NCBI RefSeq assembly: GCF_047601385.1
Contig: NZ_JASGJP010000001.1
Span: 466,487 to 530,486, forward strand
DNA from: Ottowia sp.
Lineage (GTDB): Bacteria > Pseudomonadota > Gammaproteobacteria > Burkholderiales > Burkholderiaceae_C
Reading direction: 5' to 3'
Length of the DNA: 64,000 nt
Every line of letters begins with the position of its first letter. The stretch's first letter is position 1. Below are positions 1 to 10,535 of the stretch, in pieces. The translations under genes were made by a program, and so were the position numbers. The notes under the pieces are model-generated. The model worked only from the letters and a program-made list of their open reading frames with translations. It made no database searches and was not told the origin of the DNA.

Positions 1-80
1 TTCTGGTATTCCCCGCCGACGACCAGTTGCTCGATGAAGGCCGCCTGACGGTCGGTGATGACGACATTGCGTGTCGGCAT
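1..80 (-). CDS. parD: ParD-like (CC2985/RHH) antitoxin, 5' part only; runs off the window
   Basis: Own translation: MPTRNVVITDRQAAFIEQLVVGGEYQ, the typical N-terminus of ParD/CC2985-family antitoxins. Confidence 0.75.
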   Translation of the reverse strand, partial: MPTRNVVITDRQAAFIEQLVVGGEYQ

Positions 81-191
81 GTTCTTTACTCCCGCTGAGT
101 CGATGGCAGATTATGCCAATGATGTCAGTGTCGCCCAGTCCCAGGTGCTGCTGCTCACGCGCGAGGCGCTGACGGGCGCTGCCTGAAGATT

Positions 192-208
192 CGCATCACT
201 CTGGTGCG
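192..208 (+). promoter_or_regulatory. NtrC-type enhancer site
   Basis: CGCATCA-CTC-TGGTGCG matches TGCACCA-N3-TGGTGCA; lies about 40 bp upstream of a sigma54 promoter. Confidence 0.6.
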
Positions 209-246
209 CACCACCCTCGAAACAGCCCGGAGTTGGTGCGCCAAGC

Positions 247-262
247 TGGCACGGCCATTGCA
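247..262 (+). promoter_or_regulatory. sigma54 (-24/-12) promoter of the ABC transporter operon
   Basis: TGGCACG-GCCA-TTGCA is a perfect TGGCACG-N4-TTGCW match. Confidence 0.8.
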
Positions 263-274
263 TTTAGCCAGGGC

Positions 275-1309
275 ATGCCAGATGCCACGCTCTCCCCCGC
301 CGCCATCGAAGTTGTCGCGCTGACCAAGCGCTACGCCCAGGGCCGTCCGGCGGTGGACGGCATCGACCTGCGCATCGACGGCGGCAGCTACTGCTGCCTG
401 CTGGGCCCCTCGGGCTGCGGCAAGAGCACCACGCTGCGCATGATCGCGGGGCACGAATCGGTGACCAGCGGCGACGTGCTGCTGGACGACCGCAACATCA
501 CCGACCTGCCCGCCGCCGAGCGCGGCACGGCCATGATGTTCCAGAGCTTCGCGCTGTTCCCGCACCTCTCGGCGCTGGACAACGTGGCCTTCAGCCTGAA
601 GATGAAGGGCATTGCCAAGGCCGAGCGCCACCGCCGCGCGCAGGATCTGCTGGAGCGCGTGGCCATGGGCCACCTGGCGCAGCGCAAGCCGGCCGAGATG
701 TCGGGTGGCCAGCAGCAGCGCGTGGCGCTGGCGCGCGCGCTCATCACCCAGCCGCGCGTGCTGCTGCTGGACGAGCCGCTGTCGGCGCTCGACCCGTTCC
801 TGCGCATCCAGATGCGCGCCGAGCTGCGCCGCTGGCAGAAGGAGCTGGGCCTGACCTTCATCCACGTCACCCACAGCCAGGAAGAGGCGATGGCGCTGGC
901 CGACACCATGGTGGTGATGAACCACGGCGTGATCGAGCAGGCCGGCCCGCCGCGCGAGGTCTACAACCACCCCGTCAACGAATTCGTGGCGCGTTTCATG
1001 GGCGGGCACAACGTGATCGACACGCCCGCCGGCAAGGTCGGCGTGCGCACCGACCATGTGCAGGTGCTGCCCCCCGGGCACGCGGCCACGGGCGAGGCGG
1101 CCAGCCTGCCCGCCGTGGTGACCGACGTGGAATACCAGGGCACCTACGTGCTGCTGGGCCTGCAGAAGGCGGGTGCCGCGCTGGCCGCGCACGCCACGGC
1201 GGAGTACGCCGCCATGCTGCCCGAATCCACCTATGCCGCCCAGCCCTTCCAGGTGGGCGAGTCCGTGCAGATGTGCTGGGCGCCGCAGCGCGCGCACGCG
1301 CTGGCCTGA
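275..1309 (+). CDS. ABC transporter ATP-binding subunit (PotA family)
   Basis: Walker A GPSGCGKST, signature MSGGQQQRVALARAL, LLLDEP, C-terminal TOBE-like region. Confidence 0.92.
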   Translation: MPDATLSPAAIEVVALTKRYAQGRPAVDGIDLRIDGGSYCCLLGPSGCGKSTTLRMIAGHESVTSGDVLLDDRNITDLPAAERGTAMMFQSFALFPHLSALDNVAFSLKMKGIAKAERHRRAQDLLERVAMGHLAQRKPAEMSGGQQQRVALARALITQPRVLLLDEPLSALDPFLRIQMRAELRRWQKELGLTFIHVTHSQEEAMALADTMVVMNHGVIEQAGPPREVYNHPVNEFVARFMGGHNVIDTPAGKVGVRTDHVQVLPPGHAATGEAASLPAVVTDVEYQGTYVLLGLQKAGAALAAHATAEYAAMLPESTYAAQPFQVGESVQMCWAPQRAHALA

Positions 1310-1342
1310 CGTTCCCTTTTCTTCACCCAAGGAGTCTTTCCG

Positions 1343-2602
1343 ATGAACGAAACCGAACTCTCCCTCCACCGCCGCACGCTGCTCAAGGGCACGGCGGGCA
1401 TCCTGGCCACGGGCCTCGCGCCCTTCGTGCACGCGCAGGACAAGGTCGTGCTGCGCTACCTGGGCACGGCCACCAACCAGGACAAGGCCATCGCCGACAA
1501 GTTCGAGAAGGACACGGGCATCAAGATCCAGTACGTGGCCGTGACCACGGACGACGTGACCAAGCGCGCCGTCACCGCGCCCAACAGCTTCGACCTGATC
1601 GACACTGAATATTTCTCGCTCAAGAAGATCGTGCCCACGGGCAACCTCAAGGGCATCGACGTCAAGCGCGTGAAGAACGCCGGCAAGATCACCTCGCTGT
1701 TCACCGAAGGCACCGTGGCCGGCAAGGCCGTGGGCGACCAGGGCATGGCGCCCAAGAAGGTGATGTACCTGCAGGCCGAGCGCAGCAAGGCGTTCTCGAA
1801 GGCGCCCACCGGCTGGATGACGCTGATCCCCACCACCTACAACGCCGACACGCTGGGCATCCGCCCCGACCTGATCAAGCGCCCCATCGAGAGCTGGGCC
1901 GAGCTGCTCAACCCCGAGTTCAAGGGCAAGGCCGCGATCCTGAACATCCCCTCCATCGGCATCATGGACGCGGCGATGGCCGTGGAAGCCAAGGGCATCC
2001 ACAAATACGCCGACAAGGGCAACATGACCAAGGCCGAGATCGACCTGACGATCAAGGCACTGATCGACGCCAAGAAGGCCGGCCAGTTCCGCGCGCTGTG
2101 GAAGGACTTCAACGAGTCGGTCAACCTCATGGCCTCGGGCGAGGTGGTGATCCAGTCGATGTGGAGCCCCGCCGTCACCGCCGTGCGCAGCAAGGGCATC
2201 GACTGCGTGTTCCAGCCGCTCAAGGAAGGCTATCGCGCCTGGGCCTCGGGCTTCGGGCTGCCCGCCACGCTCTCGGGCAAGAAGCTGGACGCGGCCTACG
2301 AGTTCATCAACTGGTTCCTCGACGGCTGGGCTGGCGCCTACCTCAACCGCCAGGGCTACTACAGTGCCGTGCTGGAGACGGCCAAGGCCCACATGGAGCC
2401 CTACGAGTGGGCCTACTGGATGGAAGGCAAGCCCGCCGCGCAGGACATCAAGAGCCCGCAGGGCGCGGTGATCGCCAAGGCCGGCAGCGTGCGCGACGGC
2501 GGCAGCTACGAGCAGCGCATGGGCGGCATCGCCTGCTGGAACGCGCTCATGGACGAGAACGAGTACATGGTGCGCAAGTGGAACGAGTTCGTGGCCGCAT
2601 GA
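1343..2602 (+). CDS. ABC periplasmic substrate-binding protein (PotD/PotF family), Tat-like signal
   Basis: RRTLLK twin-arginine-like leader, AAGGAG RBS, position in the ABC operon. Confidence 0.88.
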   Translation: MNETELSLHRRTLLKGTAGILATGLAPFVHAQDKVVLRYLGTATNQDKAIADKFEKDTGIKIQYVAVTTDDVTKRAVTAPNSFDLIDTEYFSLKKIVPTGNLKGIDVKRVKNAGKITSLFTEGTVAGKAVGDQGMAPKKVMYLQAERSKAFSKAPTGWMTLIPTTYNADTLGIRPDLIKRPIESWAELLNPEFKGKAAILNIPSIGIMDAAMAVEAKGIHKYADKGNMTKAEIDLTIKALIDAKKAGQFRALWKDFNESVNLMASGEVVIQSMWSPAVTAVRSKGIDCVFQPLKEGYRAWASGFGLPATLSGKKLDAAYEFINWFLDGWAGAYLNRQGYYSAVLETAKAHMEPYEWAYWMEGKPAAQDIKSPQGAVIAKAGSVRDGGSYEQRMGGIACWNALMDENEYMVRKWNEFVAA

Positions 2603-2609
2603 CGCACGG

Positions 2610-3506
2610 ATGAATGCCATGAACACCGCCGCTCCAACCCAGCAAGGCATCGCCGCCTGGTGGCAGGCGCTGCCGCTCACGGCGGTGTTCGCGCTGTTCT
2701 TCATCGTCCCGCTGGGGCTGATCGCCATGGTCAGCCTGTGGAACTTCAACGACTACGAGCTGCTGCCCGCCTTCAGCCCCCGGAACTACCTGACGGTGTT
2801 CGAGGGCTGCGGCAACCTGGCCGAGCCCTGCGTCACGTTCAAGACCTACCTGTCCACCCTCAAGTTCAGCCTGCTGGTATGGGCCATCACGCTGGTGCTG
2901 GGCTTCGCGGTGGCGTACTTCCTGGCGTTCCACGTGCGCTCCTCCAGCATGCAGACGCTGCTGTTCGTGCTCTGCACGGTGCCGTTCTGGACGTCCAACG
3001 TCATCCGCATGATCTCGTGGGTGCCGCTCTTGGGCCGCAACGGCCTGGTGAACCAGACGCTGCAGGATCTGCACCTGATCGACACGCCCATCGAGTGGCT
3101 GCTGTTCTCCGACTTCTCGGTGGTGCTGGCCTTCGTGCACCTCTACACCATGTTCATGATCGTGCCCATCTTCAACAGCATGATGCGCATCGACCGCAGC
3201 CTGATCGAGGCCGCCGCCGACAGCGGCGCGAGCGGCTGGCAGACGCTGTGGAACGTGATCGTGCCGCTGTCCAAGACCGGCATCATCATCGGCTCGATCT
3301 TCGTCATCACCATCGTCATGGGCGACTTCGTCACCATCGGCGTGATGGGCGGGCAGCAGATCGCCTCGGTCGGCAAGATCATCCAGGTGCAGACCTCGTA
3401 CCTGCAATTCCCGCTCGCGGCGGCCAACGCGGTCATTCTGCTGACCGTGGTGCTGATGATCATCTGGGGCCTCACGCGCCTCGTCGATATCCGCAAGGAG
3501 CTGTGA
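2610..3506 (+). CDS. ABC permease (PotB family)
   Basis: Multiple TM segments; EAA loop IEAAADSGAS. Confidence 0.9.
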   Translation: MNAMNTAAPTQQGIAAWWQALPLTAVFALFFIVPLGLIAMVSLWNFNDYELLPAFSPRNYLTVFEGCGNLAEPCVTFKTYLSTLKFSLLVWAITLVLGFAVAYFLAFHVRSSSMQTLLFVLCTVPFWTSNVIRMISWVPLLGRNGLVNQTLQDLHLIDTPIEWLLFSDFSVVLAFVHLYTMFMIVPIFNSMMRIDRSLIEAAADSGASGWQTLWNVIVPLSKTGIIIGSIFVITIVMGDFVTIGVMGGQQIASVGKIIQVQTSYLQFPLAAANAVILLTVVLMIIWGLTRLVDIRKEL

Positions 3507-3509
3507 GCC

Positions 3510-4391
3510 ATGCGTGTGCGTGAACCCCGCCCCGCCAGCTTCTGGCCGCTCGCCATCGTCTTCGCGCTGTTCGTGCTGTTCATGTACGGGCCGATGGCGG
3601 TGATCTTCGTGCTCAGCTTCCAGGGGCCGGAAGGCGGCCTCACCTTCCCGATGCGCGGCGTGTCGCTGCACTGGTTCCGGCAACTGGCAGAGGGGCTGGG
3701 CACGGTGGACATCGCCGCCGCGCTGCGGCGCTCGCTGGGGCTGGGCCTCGCGGTGATGGCCTGCACCGTCGTCTTCTCGGTACTCGCGGGCCTGGCCTTC
3801 CGCAAGAAGCTGGCGGGCGCGGGCACGCTGTTCTACGTGGTGGTGGCCAGCCTCATCATGCCGTCCATCATCGTCTCGCTGGGCATCGGACTGGAATTCC
3901 GGCTGCTCGATACCGGCGTCAAGGCGCTGCTGGAGCGCATGGGCTGGCAGGACCAGCTCGACAACTACGGCACCGCCCTGGGCCTGTTCACCTCCGCGCT
4001 GGGCGCGCACCTGACGTGGACGCTGCCCTTCGGCCTGCTCATCATGTTCGCGGTGTTCAACCGCTTCAACCCGGCCTACGAAGAGGCCGCGCGCGACCTG
4101 GGCGCCACGCCGTGGCAGACCTTCCGCCACGTGGTGCTGCCGCTGATCGCGCCCTCGGTCGTGGGCATCGGCATGTTCGGCTTCACGCTGAGCTGGGACG
4201 AGATCGCGCGCACCTCGCAGGCCATCGGCGACGTGAACACGCTGCCGCTCGAACTGCAAGGACTGACCAGCACCGTCACCACGCCCGCCATCTATGCGCT
4301 GGGCACGGTGACGACGGTGGTGTCCTTCGTCGTCATCGGAGTGGCGCTGGCGCTGGGCGGCGCCTTGAGCCGGCGCAAGGGCGCGGCTTGA
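3510..4391 (+). CDS. ABC permease (PotC family)
   Basis: TM segments; EEAARDLGA motif. Confidence 0.9.
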   Translation: MRVREPRPASFWPLAIVFALFVLFMYGPMAVIFVLSFQGPEGGLTFPMRGVSLHWFRQLAEGLGTVDIAAALRRSLGLGLAVMACTVVFSVLAGLAFRKKLAGAGTLFYVVVASLIMPSIIVSLGIGLEFRLLDTGVKALLERMGWQDQLDNYGTALGLFTSALGAHLTWTLPFGLLIMFAVFNRFNPAYEEAARDLGATPWQTFRHVVLPLIAPSVVGIGMFGFTLSWDEIARTSQAIGDVNTLPLELQGLTSTVTTPAIYALGTVTTVVSFVVIGVALALGGALSRRKGAA

Positions 4392-5134
4392 GGACCTTGC
4401 TCGTCATCAACCCCAACACCTCGGCGCACGTCAGCGCCCTGCTGCAACGGCACGTGCAGGCCGCCGCCGGCTCCGGGGTGAGCGTGCGCACCGTCACCGC
4501 CCGCTTCGGCGCGCCCTACATCGCCTGCGAGGCCAGCTACGCCGTGGCCGCGCACGCCACGCTGGACGCCTGGGCGGCGGCGCTCGCCGGCGGCGCGCCC
4601 GCGCCCGACGCCGTGCTGGTGGGCTGCTTCGGCGACCCGGGCCTGTTCGCCCTGCGCGAGTGCAGCCCCGTGCCGGTCACCGGCCTGGCCGAGGCCGCCT
4701 TCGCCACGGCGGCGCGCCATGGGCGCTTCGGCGTCGTGACCGGCGGCGAGCGCTGGCGGCCCATGCTCCAGCGGCTGGCGCAGGCGCTGGGCCTCGGCGA
4801 ACGGCTGGCGGGCATCCACACCGTCGCGCCGACGGGCGCCCAGCTCGCGGCCGACCCCGCCGCCGCGCAAAGGCTGCTGGCCCAGGCCTGCCGCGACGCG
4901 GCGCGGCAAATGCAGCTGCAGGCCGTCATCCTGGGCGGCGCGGGACTGGCCGGCATGGCCGCCGCCATCCAGCCCGAGGTGGACGTGCCGGTGATCGACA
5001 GCGTGATGGCCGGCGCGCACGAGGCGCTGCACGCCATGGCGCCCGCGCCACGGCGCGAGCGGCCGGGCTGCGACGTGCCATGGGCCGGCGTGTCGCGCGA
5101 GCTGGCGGCGCTGGGCTTGCCCACGCCGGGCTGA
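4388..5134 (+). CDS. Asp/Glu/hydantoin (allantoin-type) racemase
   Basis: TTG start overlapping the upstream TGA; LVINPNTS, GCFGDPG and ILGGAGLAG motifs. Confidence 0.85.
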   Translation: MRTLLVINPNTSAHVSALLQRHVQAAAGSGVSVRTVTARFGAPYIACEASYAVAAHATLDAWAAALAGGAPAPDAVLVGCFGDPGLFALRECSPVPVTGLAEAAFATAARHGRFGVVTGGERWRPMLQRLAQALGLGERLAGIHTVAPTGAQLAADPAAAQRLLAQACRDAARQMQLQAVILGGAGLAGMAAAIQPEVDVPVIDSVMAGAHEALHAMAPAPRRERPGCDVPWAGVSRELAALGLPTPG

Positions 5135-5166
5135 AACCGGCGGCACCCGATAATCCCGGGCTGCCC

Positions 5167-7146
<1,980 letters not shown>

Positions 7147-7240
7147 GCCAAGACCCCGAAATCAGCCGCGTGGCGGCCGTGGTCATGTTTCCGCGCTACA
7201 GTCCCGCCGTCATCAACCTATCCGGGAAGGAAATAACGCC

Positions 7241-7489
7241 ATGGGCATTATCGTCACCATCATCGTCGGCTTCATCGTGGGCCTGATCGCGCGCGCCATC
7301 ATGCCGGGCGACCAGAAGATGGGCTTCATCATGACCACCATCCTGGGCATCGTCGGCGCCCTGCTGGCCAGCTACGGCGGCGCCGCGCTGGGCCTGTACG
7401 CGGAAGGCACGCCGGCCGGCTGGATCGCCTCGGTGGTCGGCGCGCTGATCGTGCTGTTCCTCTACGGCCTGGCCACCAAGAAGCGCTGA
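7241..7489 (+). CDS. GlsB/YeaQ/YmgE family membrane protein
   Basis: IIVGFIVGLIARAIMPG...GIVGA...ASVVGA pattern. Confidence 0.88.
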   Translation: MGIIVTIIVGFIVGLIARAIMPGDQKMGFIMTTILGIVGALLASYGGAALGLYAEGTPAGWIASVVGALIVLFLYGLATKKR

Positions 7490-7500
7490 GCCGCTCCAGG

Positions 7501-7520
7501 AGCGCCCGCTCAGGGGCGCT
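7501..7520. terminator. GC hairpin between convergent genes
   Basis: AGCGCCC-gctcag-GGGCGCT between the stops of the YeaQ-family gene and puuD. Confidence 0.45.
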
Positions 7521-8730
7521 TGCCGCCCTGCCCTTCGAACCAGCGCGCCACCAGCGCGCGCTCGTCGTCGGTCATCTGCGTCGCGTTCGACAGCGGCATC
7601 TGCCGGGTGAGCACCACCTGCTGGTAGATCTGCTGCGCGTGCGCATTCGCTTGCTCGGGCGAATCGACGCGGATGCCCTTCTGCTGCACGGCCTCGCCGT
7701 GGCAGATGGCGCAGCGCTGCGCCAGCACCGGCTGGATCCGGGCGTAGTCCACCGTCTCAGGCATGGCGGCGGAGGGGGCGCTGGGCGCCGGCTTGAGCCA
7801 GGCGATCATGCCCAGCAGGATCGCCACGCCGGCGGCCGCGAACGGCCACGGATTGCGCGCGCGGCCCAGGTGCCAGCCGTGCCGCTGCACGAAGAACTGG
7901 CGGATCAGCGCGCCGGCCAGCATCAGCAGCAGCAGCACCGCCCAGCGCTGCGGATGGCTGTAGAGAAAGCTGTAGTGGTTGCTGAGCATGGCGATCAGCA
8001 CCGGCAGCGTGAAGTAGGTGTTGTGCACGCTGCGCTGCTTGCCGCGCTTGCCGTGGATGGCCAGGCCATCGGCGTCGCAGGGCTGGCCGCCGGTCATGGC
8101 GGCCACCACCTTGCGCTGGCCGGGGATGATCCAGAAGAACACGTTGGCGCTCATGGTGGTGGCCAGCATGGCGCCGATGATCAGGAACGCCGCCCGCCCC
8201 GAGAACAGCTGGCAGGCCAGCCAGGTCGCCGCCGCCACCACCACGATCAGCAGCGCCGCCACGATGCGCTCGCCGTTCCGGCGGAAGCCGAAGGCCCTGC
8301 AGATGGCGTCGTAGACGAACCAGAACACCACCAGGAAGCCCACCGCCGCGAAGCCCGCGGCCATCGGCGACCAGTCGAGCACCTGCTTGTCGATCAGGAA
8401 CGCGCTGGCGTTCCACAGGTAGAGCACGCAGAACAGCGCGAAGCCCGACAGCCAGGTGCTGTAGCTCTCCCAGTAGAACCAGTGCAGCTTGCTGTCGATG
8501 GTGCCGCCCTGCGGCGCCACCATGTACTTCTGCGGGTTGTAGAAGCCGCCGCCGTGCACCGCCCACATGGCGCCGTCGACGCCTTTCTTCTTCAGGTCCT
8601 CGGCGGTGGGCGCGAGCAGGTTGTTGTCGAGAAATACGAAGTAGAACGAGGAACCGATCCAGGCGATCGCCACGATCACGTGCAGCCAGCGCAGCAGCAG
8701 GTTGGCCCAGTCGAGCAGGTAAGCGTCCAT
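7510..8730 (-). CDS. puuD: Urate hydroxylase PuuD with C-terminal cytochrome c domain
   Basis: LLRWLHVIVAIAWIGSSFYF, WAVHGGGFY, KQRSVHNTYFTLP and CAICH heme motif. Confidence 0.9.
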   Translation of the reverse strand: MDAYLLDWANLLLRWLHVIVAIAWIGSSFYFVFLDNNLLAPTAEDLKKKGVDGAMWAVHGGGFYNPQKYMVAPQGGTIDSKLHWFYWESYSTWLSGFALFCVLYLWNASAFLIDKQVLDWSPMAAGFAAVGFLVVFWFVYDAICRAFGFRRNGERIVAALLIVVVAAATWLACQLFSGRAAFLIIGAMLATTMSANVFFWIIPGQRKVVAAMTGGQPCDADGLAIHGKRGKQRSVHNTYFTLPVLIAMLSNHYSFLYSHPQRWAVLLLLMLAGALIRQFFVQRHGWHLGRARNPWPFAAAGVAILLGMIAWLKPAPSAPSAAMPETVDYARIQPVLAQRCAICHGEAVQQKGIRVDSPEQANAHAQQIYQQVVLTRQMPLSNATQMTDDERALVARWFEGQGGKRP

Positions 8731-8852
8731 CAGAGCATGTCCTATCGAAGGGCCTGCCACTGCGGGCGCTGCAAGCCGGTCAAGGAGGGATCGCGCATCG
8801 GCGGGCGCTTTCTTGTGCGCCCGCCCGTGGGCACCGCTGCGATCAGCGTGAA

Positions 8853-8862
8853 TTGTATACAA
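8853..8862. promoter_or_regulatory. GntR-family-type palindromic operator
   Basis: Perfect palindrome TTGTATACAA between the divergent starts of puuD and a small ORF. Confidence 0.55.
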
Positions 8863-8956
8863 AGCTGTGTGCAAAAACCAGCGAATGCCTGCGAGCGCAA
8901 ATCATGGACAATATCGGGTTTTCCGCCAACACACTCAGCACCCGAAGGATCACATC

Positions 8957-9109
8957 ATGGGCAAGAAACTCGTCACCGAAGCCATGCGCAAGGCCACCCC
9001 GCCGCTGCCCGGCGCCACCGTGCGCAAGGAAGGCACCGGCCAGAAGCGCAGCCTGGAGCGCGGCTCGCACACGCGCAGCAAGAAGAACCCCGGCAAGCGC
9101 CCGCACTGA
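8957..9109 (+). CDS. Small basic hypothetical protein (50 aa)
   Basis: GAAGGA RBS, GC3-rich codons, downstream intrinsic terminator. Confidence 0.65.
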   Translation: MGKKLVTEAMRKATPPLPGATVRKEGTGQKRSLERGSHTRSKKNPGKRPH

Positions 9110-9114
9110 ACAGG

Positions 9115-9316
9115 CCCCCACGCTCCCCCGCCGCGCCCGGTCCGCTGCCCTCCGAGGGAGCTCCGGCCGCCTTGGGACCGGCCCGGCGGCGGCCGGAACG
9201 GCCTCATACCCTCTCGACGAAGCGCCCTGCGGGGCGCTTTTTTCATCTTGGGGCGGCCCGGCGATGAAAAGCCCCCTCGGGGGCAGCGGACCGGGCGCAG
9301 CGGGGGAGCGTGGGGG
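9115..9316. repeat. Pair of ~45-bp inverted REP-like repeats
   Basis: CCCCCACGCTCCCCCGCCGCGCCCGGTCCGCTGCCC near 9115 and its near-perfect reverse complement ending at 9316. Confidence 0.8.
9219..9244 (+). terminator. Rho-independent terminator
   Basis: GAAGCGCCC-TGCG-GGGCGCTTT followed by a T run. Confidence 0.8.
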
Positions 9317-9324
9317 CTATTTCC

Positions 9325-10335
9325 TCACCCCGCCGCGCCAACCCATGCCTGCCGGTGCCAGTCGGACGGCGACAGGCCGAAGCGCGCCTTGAACAGCTTG
9401 CTGAAGTCCGACTGGCTCGCGAACCCGCAGCGCCACGACAGCGCGCCCACGTGCAGCCTGCGGTCCTGCTCGATCAGCGCCCGCGCGCGCTGCAGGCGCA
9501 GCTCGCGCAGCGTGCCCATCACCGTCTGGCCCCGCTCGGCGAAAGCCTCGTACAGCCGCGAGCGCGAGCAGCCGGTGCCGCGCGCGATGGCGGCGACGTC
9601 CAGGCCGTGGCGGTGGACCTCGCGCTCCATCCAGCGCAGCGCCGCCGCGTAGCGGCCCGCGTGCAGGTCTTCGTGCACGTCCGGCAGGTCCACGGCCTCG
9701 CCCTGCCGCCCCAGGTTGCGCAGCGTCAGCAGGGCCAGGGCGCGCGTGGCGTCCAGCAGGCCCGCGTACTCCTGCGCGCTCACGCGGCCGGGCTGGCGCG
9801 CCAGCAGCCCCAGGTGGGCCAGCTGCGCGGCCAGCGCCGGGGCCAGCGCGCAGCGCCGCGGCGCCAGCAGCAGGTTGCCCGGCTCGCGCCCTAGCGCACC
9901 CAGCACCAGGCTGCGCGGCAGCGCCACGTAGGTCTGGCGCGCGCCCTCGCCCCAGCGGTAGCAGCCTTCCTGCCGGGGCGCGTACAGGCCCAGCATGCCC
10001 GCCGTGGCGTGCTGGTGCTCGCCCGGCGCGGCGTTCAGCCGCATCTCGCCGGCCTCCAGCAGCGACAGCACCACCATGTCCTCGCCCGGCGGCACATGCC
10101 TGGGGCTGGTGCGCATCTCGTAGGCGGTGGAGCGCTTGGTGCCGAAGAAGCAGTCCTCGCCGCGCAGCAGCGACCACGAGGCATCGAGCGCATCGCCCGG
10201 CGACAGGGGCTGCACGTCCACCCAGTTGTGCGCCACGTCGCGCCAGTAGTCCAGCCGGATCGACGGATCGACCTCGCGGGAGGACCAGTGCTCCGGCACG
10301 CAGGGCGGCGTTGGCGGTGGCGGGGTGGATCGCAT
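9325..10335 (-). CDS. AraC family regulator (FeaR-like N-domain plus HTH)
   Basis: C-terminal IARGTGCSRSRLYEAF...LRELRLQRARALI...CGFASQSDFSKLFKARFGLSP. Confidence 0.88.
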   Translation of the reverse strand: MRSTPPPPTPPCVPEHWSSREVDPSIRLDYWRDVAHNWVDVQPLSPGDALDASWSLLRGEDCFFGTKRSTAYEMRTSPRHVPPGEDMVVLSLLEAGEMRLNAAPGEHQHATAGMLGLYAPRQEGCYRWGEGARQTYVALPRSLVLGALGREPGNLLLAPRRCALAPALAAQLAHLGLLARQPGRVSAQEYAGLLDATRALALLTLRNLGRQGEAVDLPDVHEDLHAGRYAAALRWMEREVHRHGLDVAAIARGTGCSRSRLYEAFAERGQTVMGTLRELRLQRARALIEQDRRLHVGALSWRCGFASQSDFSKLFKARFGLSPSDWHRQAWVGAAG

Positions 10336-10458
10336 GGCGTGGGATTGTAGGGACGCGGGACGCATTCCCCACACCTGGGACGCCCGCACACAAGACCACG
10401 GTGCCGGCAGGGGCGATGGTAACTAAACTTTTCGGAAGCCGCGTCCGGGTCCGCTGGA

Positions 10459-10521
10459 TTAGAAGTGTTTTTGGCTCCCAGTGACCGTCATTCAAGCGCC
10501 AGCAGCTATCAAAAACATAGT
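10459..10521 (-). repeat. 62-bp element upstream of Lcl gene A
   Basis: Reverse orientation; GCTATCAAAAACATAGT centre. Confidence 0.75.
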
Positions 10522-10535
10522 TTCCAGATTCATCC

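Noticed and set aside
155-2749. Long antisense ORFs in the track (also 11966-14374, 15832-19179, 52914-54860, 56102-59059 and others)
   Set aside because: Shadow frames of GC3-rich genes; they lack family motifs and fully overlap well-supported genes.
8731-8850. Purine/xanthine riboswitch upstream of puuD
   Set aside because: No recognisable conserved aptamer motif by eye; an Rfam cmscan would be needed.
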